A stretch of 64,000 nt of DNA from assembly GCA_013239625.1 (NCBI GenBank), contig MU056050.1, positions 30,337-94,336 of the forward strand, written 5' to 3'. Position numbers and translations under genes: made by a program. Positions 37,980-49,779 of the stretch are shown one piece after another (position 1 is the stretch's first letter; each line of letters opens with the position of its first letter). Source of the stretch: Lama guanicoe. Taxonomy: Eukaryota. Under the pieces are notes generated by a model, which searched no databases, was not told where the DNA came from, and saw only the letters and a list, made by a program, of their open reading frames with translations.

Positions 37980-38008
37980 AGGGTCTCTCGCTCCCAGAAG
38001 CAGACACT
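37980..38008 (-). other. Candidate 29-nt cassette exon in NKAP-copy intron 1
   Basis: tttgtatgtttactttttag|AGTGTCTGCTTCTGGGAGCGAGAGACCCT|gtgagt: strong acceptor and donor around a GC-richer island in AT-rich intron. Confidence 0.45.
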
Positions 38009-38097
38009 CTAAAAAGTAAACATACAAATAACAGTCCTTGAAATATATAAGTATAGGGGTCAATGATGCCAGCCAGGCTGCAAAGACACAGAATCCT

Positions 38098-38340
38098 TGT
38101 GGTGCAGGGCCTAAAATTGAGGCCCAATGTTATGTACTACCTGACATCTGGGCAAACCAGTAGGGCCTCCAATGGCCTAAATGCAGATTCCCCTTCCCAC
38201 TCTGCTCTTGCAGATAAGGTCCTCTAGCCAAACAAACCTCTCTATCAAAGAGACAGGAGCAGTTCCAGATTAGCCCTGCAGAGTGGATCTTCTGTGTCCA
38301 GTGTCAGGGGTCCTGTGTTCAGCTGCCCCATAACCCAAGA
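38098..38340 (+). mobile_element. Probable ERV1-class LTR fragment
   Basis: tgtggtgcagggcctaaaattgaggccc...ccttcccactctgctcttgcagataaggtcc; family not identified. Confidence 0.4.
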
Positions 38341-40249
38341 GAGGATTCCCTCTCTCCCTCCAACAGGGTGAATAGGAGACCATTAAAACAGTCCCGGCTG
38401 CTATCTGCTTTCATCTGGATTCTTAAGATAAATTATTTATCTTCTACATGGACAAATGCAAATTTCATCCAAGCTGTCCTTACACCTTTTGGTTAAGACT
38501 CTAAAGCTGTTTGGTTTCTGACTGACACAGATTGGGGAGACCTTTCTGAAACACATAACTTGGAGAAGTAGTTCTCCAATATAACTCAGGACTATTTTTG
38601 CTGTTCCTGCTCCCAGGTATGAAACCCTAATAGCTAAAACGAAATGTGTATTATGTTCCAGGCACTAAATCATTACAACAACCCTAAAAATGTCAGCACT
38701 ATTTTTATCCCCTTCTTTATAGGTGAAGAAGTGAAGCTTGAAGATGTTAAGTAATTTGACCAATGTTTTTACTTTCTTAAATTAAAATTTGTTAAGTGGG
38801 GCACAGGGTGCTGGATGGTGAGCCAAAGGTCAGCAACAGACCACAAGACAAACTGAAATAGAACAGTTTACTACTCAGAGGTCCTGGAGGAAGTACACAG
38901 TTTGCTTCCAGGAGGCACACAAGGAGGTCAAGTTATCGTGCAGACAGAGAGTGACAGGATCTGGGACACATGCTTTTATTAGGATCTGTGGGTGGAGTGT
39001 TTTGGGGTCCCAGACTAGGGCGAGATTGGTCAATTTAAACCAAAAGAGCAGGGGTTTTGGTAAGCCCCATGGTGGTCTTTTCTAAGGGGCTTATACAGCA
39101 TACAGGTGCTAGGAGGCAGGGGAGACTGTAGATCACAAGGCCTGTTGGAGAAGTCATACCAGGAACTTACATTTGCTTGTGACTCTGTAAGTTGCTATCT
39201 AGGGCATGTGATTACATAAGGAGACCAGTGACAATTTAAGGTCCCTGCAAGCCCCGCAAACAAAATGGATGCTGAGGCAGCAATACCATGGAGTAGCTCA
39301 GGTAAGCTCTTGACACCCAAGGTCATACAGGTATTAATTAAGTGGCAAAGCAGGGCTTCAAACTCAGGCAATCTGAATCCAGCCACTATCCTCCTCCTCA
39401 CTTCCCACTGCTGGAAAAAAATATCATCAAGACATCTCCCAACTGTTGTAATTTCAACCTGACCCTCAATGCCTGTAATGTTTGTAAATTTCTCGTTTTT
39501 AGCGCATTCACGGCACTTTGTAGGTATGAATACTTACTCAGCAATAATTACAACTTTTCCTTCTCTTTGTTAACTATTTTTCCCCTCCAGGACTCACTTT
39601 CATTAGAGGAAAATTGATCTCACCCTCCCCTCATTCCTCAAGGTCTGAGACCACTTAACAAGATCTTGCTCGAGGTAGCTTCATCTGCATTTATGCACAT
39701 CACTTTTCCTACATTCATCCAATCATGTCTTGGGGGAAAGTTTTCTCCTCTTCAGTTTAAACCCTTAATCCCTTAATCTCAGCGCTCCCCAGCTCCCTAC
39801 AAAGAATTTCCACTTACACATCCTGTTATCGTCTCAAACCGATCTGTTCATTCATTCAACACACTATGGTTGAGCTCTTACTAAGTGCTAGGCACTGCAA
39901 ATTCTGTGATGAATAAAATCGGGCTCCTCCTTTCCATGAACTCAGTCCAGTGGAGAATAAAAACTTGCTCACAAATGATAACACAAAGTAAATAAATCCT
40001 ATTCATATGTCTGAGACCCTTGGCCATGTCCACTGCCAGACCAGACGCGGAAGGGGTGGAGCGGTTAGAGCACCGTATGAAGGGGCTCAAGGGTAAGTGA
40101 GAATTAAGAGAGGGGCAAATAAGGCGCTGTCGTGGATAGACTGAAGCAAAAAGATGGAAATGGGCGTAAGGAAGGTAGAAAGCGAAATGCGAACAGTAAG
40201 AAGCGGGATGAGAGATGAAAAGGACTCTGAAGGCAGGTGGGATCCTCAG

Positions 40250-40980
40250 AGCAAAGGTGCAGCCGCATCACTCACCTCCTCCCAGTCCCAGTCCAGGAGG
40301 CTAGGTCTCGGCTCGTCGCTCCGGCAGCGGCGCAAGAGGCGGCCGCGCCCCGCAGACGAGGAAGCAGAAGCGGAGGGGGCGCCCCGCGGCGCCGAGGGCT
40401 GCTCTTGCGAAAGCCGCCGCGAGCCGCGAGCCGGAGCCGCAGGGCTGGATTCGGGAGCCTCGGCTGAGGCCACCTCACTGATGGCCGAGGCCAGTCCGGT
40501 CTCCCGGCCGAGAGCAAGGGTAGGAGGGAGAGCGGCGGCCCCGCGGGCTCGGGGCTCTTTGACGAACTATGATGCTTTCCCATCCCGGGCTGTGCGAGTC
40601 AGATCACCCGAGCCCTTGTTGCCAAGAAAAGAGGGAACAGTCTCTCGAGACTACAAAGATTTCGATCTCTTGGGCTCTCAGAACCCGCCGCGGGGCAACC
40701 CCCTGCAAAGCTGAAGCAACCATGGAAACCGTTCCGGGTACATCGGCAAAAGCCTTCCCCCGGCTTACGTGGCCTCCAGGCGACGTGAAAGGGGTGTGTG
40801 CATCGGTGTAAACAAGCCGCCGCTGCAATCGGTTCTGCGCATCTTTCCGGTTCCGCAAGAGGTTCGCCAGGTCTAAATTGGACCTGAGACCGTGTCTTTC
40901 TCAGCTTTGTACTTGAAATGACTGAAGGGAAGGATGACAAGCCACAGGATACATTTCACAGAGCGGCCGCATTGCCAACA
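40250..40980. promoter_or_regulatory. CpG island / promoter of the NKAP copy
   Basis: Dense CpG; ETS-type ttccgg motifs (about 40732, 40846), tacgtg/gacgtg cores, and tctctcgagactacaa at 40641. Confidence 0.75.
40276..40620 (-). pseudogene. NKAP exon 1 remnant
   Basis: Three NKAP-like blocks in different frames: GKHHSSSKSPEP; PRGRRSPSYPCSRPGDRTGLGHQ*GGLSRGSR (TGA 40475-40477); EQPSAPRGAPSASASSS...SDEPRPSLLDWDWEE|gtgagt. The original ATG appears changed to AGG. Confidence 0.85.
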
Positions 40981-41483
40981 TAGTCAATTCTGCTTGTGTT
41001 CCAAGTGCTCTGTGTGTGTTCGTTACGTGTTATATACTATTGGGTGCTTACTGTGTCTCGTGTTTGTGTGTACGTATGTACATATACATAATATATGCAC
41101 ATATATGTGCATATATATGCCCATATAGAATATAGAGGAGTGGCTCAAATTGAATTACATATTTTTTTCAGAGTCTATCCTGAATTAAAAGAAGACTCTA
41201 AATGGAATGAAAAGGAAAGGCACAAAGTATTCAGTATGCAGCTGACAGTGTATTTATTTTAGTGTTGTCAGGCTTAGCAAAAAAAATACAGTAGGTCTGT
41301 TTACATTTGAATTTCAGCTCAACAATGAATAATGTTTTAGGATAAGTGTGTCCCATAGAGTAATAATACACTATTAAATGACTATTTTTATTAAAGGTGA
41401 GGACATAGCCACAATTATACCTCCTCTCTCCTTTCCCAACACCTCTAAAATTTATTCCTTATATTCTAAGGTTTTCCACTTGC

Positions 41484-42040
41484 TGTTTGAGAAAATGGGT
41501 TAGGAAGCAGCCCCTGATACCTGGAAGATGGCTAGCGCTCAGGCCACTTTCTTCTGTTGGACGTAAGCTCACAGAACCCCAACCTAAGTCAAAATCACTA
41601 GGTGACTGACAAAGTGAAACAAAACAAGACCACTTCATAGATTTTTCTAAGTGCAGACAGAAGGATTAAAAAAGTCACTGTGCCACCCAGAAAACACCAA
41701 ATACTCCCTCTCTTGGCCAAAATAGGTGACTGCTACTTTACAAATTACAACTTTATTCTTGCTCTAGTCTGCACCCCCACCCCCCCCCCTTGTAGATAAG
41801 ATTATTGAGATGCCCAGTCATACAGTTGCCTCTGCTTTCTGACAGCATTTTATTTAGAGCAAACTCCTGCTTCCTTCAACCCTCTCCTAAATTGCCCAAA
41901 TACTATAGTGGGTTCTTTCTCACCTTCTCTTACTGAAACACTCCACAGTTTGTTTGTTCTCCCTCCCTGCAAAAACTAATAAGCCCAACTTGTCAACTAT
42001 GAGTATGTTCCTGGTGGTCTTTGGTTGAAGGGCATTGACG
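41484..42040 (+). mobile_element. ERV1-class LTR (MER31/MER67-like) within an L2 remnant
   Basis: tgtttgagaaaatggg...aataagcccaacttg...tgttcctggtggtctttggttgaagggcattgac; L2-like sequence continues to about 42395. Confidence 0.5.
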
Positions 42041-42539
42041 TGTTCCACTGCCTAGAATGCCCTTCCCCAGACATTTGCCATGGCTCTTTTCCTTAGTTCA
42101 TTCTGTTCTTTGTTCATAGATCATCTTTTCAGAGAGGTCATCCCTGACCACACTATTTACAACAGCACCCTCATCATTCTCTATCTTTTTATACATTTTT
42201 TGTCATAGCACTCATTACTATCTTATGTTATATTACATATTTAGATAGTATGTTGTATGTCTCTCCCATTAGAATCTAACTTCATGAAGACTGGGAGTTC
42301 ATCTTGATGATGATTGTATCCATAATGTGTACAGCATTGCCTGGCCTAGAGTAAATACTAACTGATATGAATTTAATGAACAAATGAATTAATGGATTTT
42401 TATTGTATCAGGGTTTATAATAGTTTCACTCTATCACATATTCATAATCAACCTTGTTGTTTGGTCTTAGTCCTCCATTTAAATAGACTGGCTCACTGCA
42501 GAATGTCCATTCTTAATTCTTTATTTTGACTCATTTCTA

Positions 42540-44197
42540 TTTTTTTAATTATTGAAGTATAGTTGATTTACAATGTTGTGTTAGTTTCTGTTGTATGGCA
42601 TAGTGATTCAGTCATACATATATATTCTTTTTCCTATTTTTCATTATAGGTTATTACAAGGTATTGAATATAGTTCCCTGTGCTATAAAGTAGGACTTTG
42701 TTGTTTATCTATTATATATATAGTAGTTTGTAACTGCTAATTCCAAACTCCTAATTTATCCCTCCCCTCTTTCCCCTTTGGTAACCATAAGTTTGTTTTC
42801 TATGTCTGTGAGTCTGTTTCTGTTTTATATATAGATTCATTTGTATTATTTTTAGATTATATATAAAAGTGATATCATATAGTATTTGTCTTTCTCTATC
42901 TGACTTATTTCACTAAGCATGATAATATCCAGGTCCATCAATATTGCTGCAGATGGCATTTCATTCTTTTTTATGGCTGAGTAATATTCCATTGTGTATA
43001 TACCACATCTTCTTAAGCCAATCATCTGTTGATGGGCGTTTGGATTGCTTTTATGTCTTGGCTATTGTAAATAGTGCTTCTATGGACATTTGGGTACATA
43101 TATCTTTTCAAATTAGAGTTTTCATTTTTTCCAGGTATATACCCAGGAGTGGGATTGCTGGGTCATATGGTAGCTATATGTTTAGTTTTTTTTTAATTGA
43201 AGTATACTTGATTTACAATATTGCATTAGTTTCAGGTGTTCAGCAAAATGATTCAGATATATATATATATTTCAGATTATTTCCCATTATTAAGGTTCCA
43301 TTCAGATTATTTTCAGATTATTTTCCATTCCATTAAGGTTATTATAAGATATTGAATATAATTCCCAGTGCTATACAGTAAATTCCTGTTGCTTATCTAT
43401 TTTATGTGTAGTAGTTTGTATCTGTTAATCCCATACTCCTAATTTATCCCTCCTCCCTTCCCTCTCCCCTTTTGTAACCATAAATTGATTTTCTATGCCT
43501 TTGAGTCTGTTTCTATTTTATATATGAATTCATTTGTATTATTTTTTGATACCACATATAAGTGATATCATATAATATTTGTCTTTCTCTGCCTGACTTA
43601 CTTCATTAAGCATAATATTCTCTAGGTCCATCCATGTTGCTGCAAATGGCAATGTTTTATTCTTTTTATGGCTGAGTAATATTCCATCGTGTGTGTATGT
43701 GTGTACACCACATATTTTTTTTTCATTTTTTGAACTGAAGTTCAGTTGATTTACAATATTATGTTAGTTTCAGGTGTACAGCAAAGTGATTTTGTTATAC
43801 ATATGTTTATATCTATATTCTTTTGCTTTTTAAATTCTCTTCCATTATAGGTTCTTACAAGATATTGAATATTGTTCCCTGTGCTACACAGTAAATCCTT
43901 GTTGTTTATTTTATGTATGGTAGTGTGTATCTGTTAATCCCATACTCCTAATTTATCCCTCCCTCCCTTTCCCTTTTGGTAACCATAAATTTGTTTTTTA
44001 CACTTGTGAGTCTGTTTCTGTTTTGTAAATAAGTTCATTTGTATCATTTTTTAGGTTCCAAATATAAGTGATGTCATATGATATTTGTCTTTCTTTGTTT
44101 GATTTACTTCACTCAGTGTGATAATATCCAGGTCCATCTATGTTGCTGCAAATGGCATTATTTCATTCTTTTTTATGGCTGAGCAGTATTCCATTGG

Positions 44198-44247
<50 letters not shown>

Positions 44248-45175
44248 CACTACACCACATCTTTATCCACTCATCTGTTGATGGACATTTGGGTTGCTTC
44301 CATATCTTGGATATTGTAAAGTGCTGCTATGAATATTGGGGTGCATGTATTATTTTGAATTAGAATTTTCTCTGGATATATGCCCAGGAATGGGATTTCT
44401 GGATCATATGGTAAGTCTATTTTTAGTTGTTTCTCCATAGTGGTTACACCAATTTACATCCCCACCAACAGTGAAGGAGAGTTCCCTTTTCTCCACACCC
44501 TCTCCAGCATTTATTTGTAGATTTTTTGATGATAGCCATTTTGACCAGCATGAGGTGATACCTCATTGTGGTTTTGATTTGCATTTCTCTAATATGTAGT
44601 GATGTTGGGCATCTTTTCATGTGCCTGTTGGCCATCTGTATGCCTTCTTTGGAAAATATATGTTTAGATTTTCACATTTTTTGATTGTGTGTTTGGTTTA
44701 TTGATATTTAGATGTATGTGCCATGTGTATATTTTGGATATTAACACCTTGCTGGTTGCATCATTTGCAAATATTTTCTCCCAGTCCATAGGTTGTCTTT
44801 TAGTTTTATTGATGGTTTCCTTTGCTGTGCAAAAGCTTTTAAGTTTGGCTAGGTCCCATTTGTTTATTTTTCCTTTAATTTCTTTTGCCTCGGGAGACTG
44901 ACCAATGAGAATATTGCTATGATTTATGTCAGAGAATGTTTCACCTATGTTATCTTCTAGGAGTTTTATGGTGTCATGTCTTACATTTAGGTTAGGTCTT
45001 TAAAGCATTTTGAGTTTTCTTTTTAATATATAGTGTGAGGGAATATTCTAATTTCATTGATTTACATGCAGCTGTCCAGCTTTTCCAGCACCACTTGCTG
45101 AAGAGCCTGGCTTTTCTCCATTGTATATTCTTGCCTTCTTTGTCGTAGATTAATTGACATTGGTGCATGGGTTAT
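42540..45175 (-). mobile_element. Stack of three same-orientation L1 3' ends
   Basis: The 3'UTR start tgaag(t)...ttgatttacaat recurs at about 42553, 43198 and 43736; the third unit extends into ORF2 (ORF 44444-44635 [23 protein letters not shown]). Confidence 0.85.
44199..44243. repeat. (TG)22 microsatellite
   Basis: Perfect TG run inside the L1. Confidence 0.95.
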
Positions 45176-47039
45176 AGGTGGCTTTTTAATTTTAGATTAG
45201 TTTTTGCCAAGTTATGGGGTAAGCGACACGGACAGAAGGAAGAGAAGGTTTCCTATACTTTGAATTAACAGTTTTTCATCATACTTCGCTTGGGGGGTCC
45301 ACACTTTTAAAGCCCTTTCAAGAAAGGGACAAAGGAAAGGCAATTCTGTCAGTAGCCTTGGTGCTGTTAATGCTGGTGCAAAAGAAATTGTATTGTGTCT
45401 TAAAATTTACTGACAGAAAACTATCAAATATTTGATATCAAGAGTGGCAGCTACTGCCACTGTGATCTATATTTCAAAGGTACGTCTCATTTTAGTTTTA
45501 GTCAACTAAGCTACTGGAAATAGATCCTAAACTTTCAAGATGTACTTTGTCCTTTTTCCTAAAATTTTTTTTTGGTACTAAATTTTGGGGAAGGTTGACT
45601 CAGAAAAATGGTCATTAATCTGCTAACTAATCGTGTTAAGTTGCCAAGAAAATACTACCATCTGTCTTAGTTTCTTTTACAACAGTGCATTCCCACTTCT
45701 CATGAAATGTCATTATATAAACAATGAAACTTTAATAATTTTGAGTCATAATCAAAAAGCAGTAATGCTGTAATTCCCACATAGACTATTTTCCCACGAT
45801 ACAAAACCTTGGAGAAATGCCTAAGGAATTTCATGTGAATTTCTTATCTCCATGTGAAAATACAGCTGTATTATAGTACTTTGATGTTTTACTCTGTGGC
45901 TTTACTTTACTGAGGAGAATGTAGAATGGATTGGAAATGGATAGATAATGAGTTCCTTGTCTGAATTCATGTTGAAGAAAATTAGATATAGTTTGATCTG
46001 TTTTTATTCTGGAATATCCCGATAGACATTTTCAGCAAGATTTTTGTAGGAAGGAAGCACAGGGACTCCAACTGAATGATAAATAGCTGCCAATTCAAGT
46101 TTCTGGAAACTGATGCAATATTATCCTATACATTTTTGAAAAAGAAAATGAAGGTAGTGAATGGCTCTAATTGTTGAAGAAAAATGCTACTATTTGATTC
46201 CTTAGTTGAATGTGATCAATAATCAGCCTAAAGGGAAATACTTTGTTCTCCAAACACCCATCCTGTTGCTTCATGCATCATGGGTCTCAGTCGGAAGTGT
46301 ATCACCAGGGGAGTTTTTAAAACTACTACAATTCATTCATGTATTCATTCATTAAACAATTATTGAACACCTACTATGTGTCAGACAGTAAAGCCCTCTG
46401 AAGAGGAAATGCTATGTAAATGAAAATAATAAATAAACAATGTAAGTGTTAATATTATTTATCTTTCAAGATGTAGCTCAAATTCAGTTTGCTATTCCCT
46501 TCTCCGGGTTCTGTACCTTACAAATACTTTTGTCAATGTTTGTGTTCCTATCTACTGAACTCTTTTAAAAGGTAGAGACCTTGGCTTATTCATTTTTGAA
46601 TTCCATAGAACCTAAAATAAGATTTGGTACAGATCAAACAGGTGGTCAGAAAATGATAGTTGAAATGATGGAATCAACGTGGTGTTGCATTATTTAGTAT
46701 TCAGTTAAGAAGACAGTACTGGTCCAAAAACTGGATTTATTTTTTCAAAGTAGTTATTATTCATGTAGTTGTTATTGTGTTATTCTAGAACTTGAATTTC
46801 TCTAAATCATAAAGAGTCGATACTTTTTTTATTATATTTATTCCGATTATATTTCAAGGTGGTTTATCATCTAACAAACAGACTATTAAACAGCAGTTTC
46901 AAACTTGCTAAAGAAACGAAACCTTTCTAGTCTCTCAAGTTTTTACGCCCTAGAAGCTTACACGGAACGGAGGTGAAAGAGACTAGCTTCACTAGCATCC
47001 CAGCCGTTGGTGACCGCATTTCCCCATCTTTCCCTTTCC

Positions 47040-48100
47040 TTTTTCCCACCCTTTCGACCTCCGGAAGGGGCCGAGCGCTCCCGGAGCTTCCCAGTCTTCC
47101 TTCGCCCCCTGCGGAAGGAGCCGAAGGCGGAGCGGGGTGCCGAAGCGGGGCCGCCTAGCGCTCGGGCCCCTCCGGAAAGAGCCGAGCGGCGCTCGGAAGG
47201 GGAGGGCGCCTTTGCCTTCGGCGCCTGGCCCCCGCGCGCTGCCCTCTGTCGGCGGCGTGGGGCAGCGGTGGCGGCAGGAAGCGGCAGCCGCGTCGACGTC
47301 GACCAAGACTGGAGCGACGTTTAAAGAAGGAGCCGAATCGCCGCCGAGTCTGGCTTCTGGTTGTTGGAGGACTCCCACCCTTCCGCGCGGCCCGACGACG
47401 AGAGGCGGCGGCGCCGGGAAGCAGGTGAGGAGCCGGGCCCGATTCGGGAGGGGGCGAGGGAGCGCGCCGGCTTCCTCCGTCCCTGGGCCGCGCCTGCCTC
47501 CGCTTTCTCCTCACTTGAACCAGGAAGCGGCGGAGTCGGAGGCTCGGCTGCTCCGGCCCTTCCTTTGTGTGGGCCCGGGAGCGAAGGAGGGGACGGACCC
47601 GGAGGGCCGCGGCGCAGTTCCCTCCTCCGGCAGGGGCCGAGGGGCTGCCGGCGCCCCGGGTAGGCCCGGAGCGTGGGGAGCCCACGGCGGAGAACCGCTG
47701 GGCGTTTTCCTCGCCCCTCCGCCTTCCTTTTTGCGCCTCTTTCTTCCCTCCCAGCCCCTAGTTTGATTTAGAGCTTTTCTGCCGGGCCCATCCTCCCCTT
47801 CCGTCCCCTTCCCAGGGCACAACAATGCCTCCTGCTTGGCCTCATCCCCTCCCAACACCCCACCCTCCCGTTCGCCACCTTCTACTTTCCCCGGCTCGCC
47901 TTACTACCCCCGCCCTGGCTGGGCTGGCCTTGCCTCCTTCGGTGTTTGCAAGAAGCTGCCTTTTCACGTGAATTGGGGTGAAAAGCCTGGGTTGCCGCCG
48001 GCCGGGTGCAAATGGGGAAGAGGGAGGGGAAGGAGGGAGATGGGGTTCAGCTGCCGCAGGGAACCGCGTGTTGGTTGGTTCACTCCCGCGGGTGGCGTTT
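47040..48100 (+). promoter_or_regulatory. ZBTB33: ZBTB33 CpG island with non-coding exon 1 ending at 47424
   Basis: Very high GC/CpG; ccggaag ETS motif at 47061; donor GCAG|GTGAGG at 47424/47425; 2.4 kb upstream of the coding exon. Confidence 0.8.
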
Positions 48101-49019
48101 CTCTCTCTTCCACCTTCACCTGCCCTCAGTCAAGGGTTTGTTTCACAGGGATGCAGAATGGCTTTTCTACAGTCAGGTCGCAGATCTTGTTTGGGGTAGG
48201 TTCAGACCGATTGTGCTGTTCCTGGGCCCACCGTAACGGGGAAGAGGTGGAAACCTAAACAACAAAATGAATCTAAGTCCCAGTGTCACCTGGACACGTA
48301 CATGTGAAGCATTTCCCTACTGGGAAAACCCACTTGCAGAGGACAAAAATTGTGGGACCTTATTCAGAAAAACCCATCTATCCACTGAAAAGTAACCTGT
48401 GCCGAAATCCCCATATTTCGGAAGCCCTGGTTGCTGGCTTGTTGTCCAAAGGTCACACTTTCTGATTAATGCTTTTATGGTAACCTGGAATTCCTTGGTA
48501 CTGTTAACGTTCTCCTACTTTTTTAAGTTATAATTTTGAAAAATTGAGAAGATATTTGAGACACCCTGCCTTCCATGTGTATATAACTTAAGCACTGTGA
48601 CAGTGGTACTATTTTGCTAACTCTAAAGGGAAAGAATATTAGCAATAGAAGAATTTCTTTTCCAAAAGTACTTATCAACTAATTTCTATTATATATACTT
48701 TTTATTTGATTCTTTTTTTTTTTTTACAATTCAGTGTCATTGTTACTGGGAATGTCTTCTGCAAAGTGCCAAAAAGTGTTTAGGGGGTGGTACACAGCAA
48801 TACGACTTACTGACATTCCCCCTTTTTTTAGAGTAATGTTTGCTCTGTTCCGGTAAGTTTATGTCTTCATTTTCACTAATGTATTTGGGTGTGAAGAAAG
48901 TTCTCATATCAGTGCACCTACTTCTTTACCAATAAAATGAATTGTTTTGTGTTTTCTTGCAAATGAGCTTTAAGAAATAGTAAACTTTCCTTTTCTTTTG
49001 TTTTATTTTTTCACAACAG

Positions 49020-49076
49020 CATCTGTTGACTTCATCTGGCACTCTGTTTAACATTCCACCTCTGGAGATTGTAAGG
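49020..49076 (+). other. ZBTB33: Probable optional 5'UTR exon of ZBTB33
   Basis: Long polypyrimidine tract ending acaacag at 49019; two candidate donors, GTAAGG (49071) and GTAAAG (49077); no ATG inside. Confidence 0.55.
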
Positions 49077-49779
49077 GTAAAGAGGTGAGGGGAAGGGGCA
49101 AGGGATGAAGAAAGAGGAGAGATTAAGAAAGGTGTTTCATAGTTTATTCAGATGAGGCATCCCAATTTAAATAAGAACAGAAATATAATGGGAAGTTTAG
49201 AGTTAATCATCGCCAGTGTTTATAAATGCTAATTTAGTCATTGGCTACAGGGAGTAGCTTTTGAAGATGTTCTTAAAGATAAGTTAAAATTTAGGAAGAC
49301 TGTTTCAGACTCAGTACTGCACACAAAAAAGGCTTTTCTGACATTTAAGTCACTCATTTACAGGTGAAATAACTTATTTGTTCATGATGAAGATTTTTCT
49401 TAAAGTTTTAAGGTAGTTAAAAATTAACTCTTGACTCTTTTTGAGAAAATCCAAAATTGGAACTAAGAAAAATTAGTTCTAGTCTTTAAAAATTGCTTAG
49501 TGGTGATGCATGTAACTGATTCACAGGAAGAGATTAGTGTTCAAATCTGTAGATCAGTTTAAAACTTGCTTGTCTTTTCTCAGGGGGAAGTCATGAGATT
49601 TGACATGTGGTTTAAAAACCAGCCTGTATGAACAATTTATATAAAAACCAAAAAGTTATTCCAAACTTTGGTTAAAACTTGAATAAACTATTTAATGATG
49701 CTGTAGCTGAAATTCTGAATGACGAGGTACTTCTGTTTTTCTATCCTAATCTCCCATCTCCTCCCTTTCTCTTACAGAC

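Noticed and set aside
40154..40714. 186-aa plus-strand ORF over the NKAP-copy CpG island
   Set aside because: Antisense to NKAP exon 1, low complexity, explained by GC richness; no recognisable domain
46973..48258. Many 100-209 aa ORFs on both strands
   Set aside because: Stop-poor ZBTB33 CpG island; the ORFs cross the exon-1 donor and have no domain
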